From: Fimicolochytrium jonesii
Lineage: Eukaryota
Reading direction: 5' to 3'
NCBI RefSeq assembly: GCF_025526975.1
Contig: NW_026515678.1
Coordinates: 62,001-126,000, forward strand
DNA: 64,000 nucleotides
A program made the translations under genes and the position numbers. Every line of letters starts with the position of its first letter. The first letter of the stretch is position 1. Of this stretch, positions 62,728 to 64,000 are shown one piece after another. The notes under the pieces are model-generated. The model ran no database searches. It was not told the origin of the DNA and saw nothing but the letters and a program-made list of their open reading frames with translations.

Positions 62728-64000
62728 TTAGGTAGCACCGGACAATTTGTTTCCTCTACTATCCGTACGAGGGTATGACAGGTAGTAACTTGAGACGAAA
62801 CTGGAAATGGGAAAGATTGGTGCATGTTCAACGACGGGAACTCAATAAAGAGAAACAATTCCAACAATGACACGTACCTTGGACAGTAGAAGATGTTCGA
62901 GCAGGTCAGTCGTCGGAACGGTCGGTGGCGCGCGGACGGGACTTCTTCTTCAGCAGTGGCTGATATTAGCTCAGCGCCTTCTCCTGCGCAATGAAAGTTC
63001 TACTAGACCTAACGATGCTCATAAACTTGGAACAGGAGAAAGGGGAGGATATGGAGTTTCGCGTGTAAGTCTTGCAAGCACGTTGGATGAGGCGAATATG
63101 TTTGAGCTTTGCGACTGTACCAAAAATGTTTGTGGGAATGTCCAGAGGTTCAGCAAGAGGGTGAGCCGACGGCCTGCGAGCCTATATGGGGCCGAACTCG
63201 ACGGAACACGTTTGACGGCACGATTTCGTCGTCCCGGAAATCTTGATCAGCGTCGATGTGATGACTGGGTATAGCGGGCAGAGCGAGTATGATCGGAAGA
63301 ACGTTCTTGAATGATGCAACCGGATGAATCGAGCGTCGTTGGAGCCCCCGACCAGTAGTGGCGAGAACGTTAGGGTATGCGGTGAGATCTGCGAAATATG
63401 AAGGGAAGTATATATCTAATGTGGGAAAGGAGAAGGAGGTGGGATGGGAATTTGAGTTCGATTTGTGCAATGTCTGCTGGTGATGGGGTGGGGGGCCCGA
63501 CACTCGCGGCTTTCAGAGATAGTCTGATTGTCCCCGTTAAACAGTCGTGTGATGAACACTTTGGCGGCAGAATAACCAACTGGCGGGGTCTCCACAGACT
63601 CTGACGTTCGATGAGGATTGCCAAGACATGCGATGCCCGGAGAGCCTGTGTTTAGACACAGCACTCATGTCAAGCACAACGGCCGCAGTGGCCATGCGCA
63701 TCCCCCTCCATCACGTTCACGAGTTCCCCAGCCGTCTCCTTGCCCGCGGTTCCGACAACAAGTCCTTAGTGCTCGCTGTCTGTTCTGAACCACCCCTTGA
63801 GCAGGTGTGCGGGATGTCTTGTCCCGTCCCACAAATCCCTCTCATGCCATATGATGATGTGCCACCAGGGAAGTCCCCGACGCCGACGAGATTCGCGCTG
63901 TCGATTATCCCGTGTCTCGTGCGCAGAGCGTTGTCATCACCGTCGGAGTGCAACTGCCACGTCAGCGAAGTGACATGCACCAAGATGTCGCCTGGGAGAA

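Overview
Intron-rich eukaryotic DNA from a zoosporic fungus. A chytrid is inferred from fungal-type housekeeping genes together with flagellum-associated genes (IFT27, LRRC34-like, PTPDC1-like, C6orf118-like). About 20 protein-coding genes can be built by hand: AMT, ING/PHD, MFS, CWF19L2, LRRC34-like, RPS12, S41 peptidase, PTPDC1-like, HEM1, SDH5, CCT2, Pcl-type cyclin, HAUS6, C6orf118-like, TM9SF, a trypsin-like protease, IFT27, an alpha/beta hydrolase and two orphans. The non-coding highlights are: (i) a hairpin module (GCGNAGC mini-hairpins plus ATTGCGCC-AAA-GGCGCAAT) shared by enlarged introns of two unrelated genes 30 kb apart; (ii) a U21-like box C/D snoRNA in an RPS12 intron; (iii) two TA-flanked MITEs that share a 23-bp segment, one just upstream of an intronless trypsin-like protease ending in 99-bp tandem repeats; (iv) recurrent C/A-rich to G/T-rich skew switches independent of gene strand. 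Exon boundaries and family calls were made by eye from motif recall; no database search was run.
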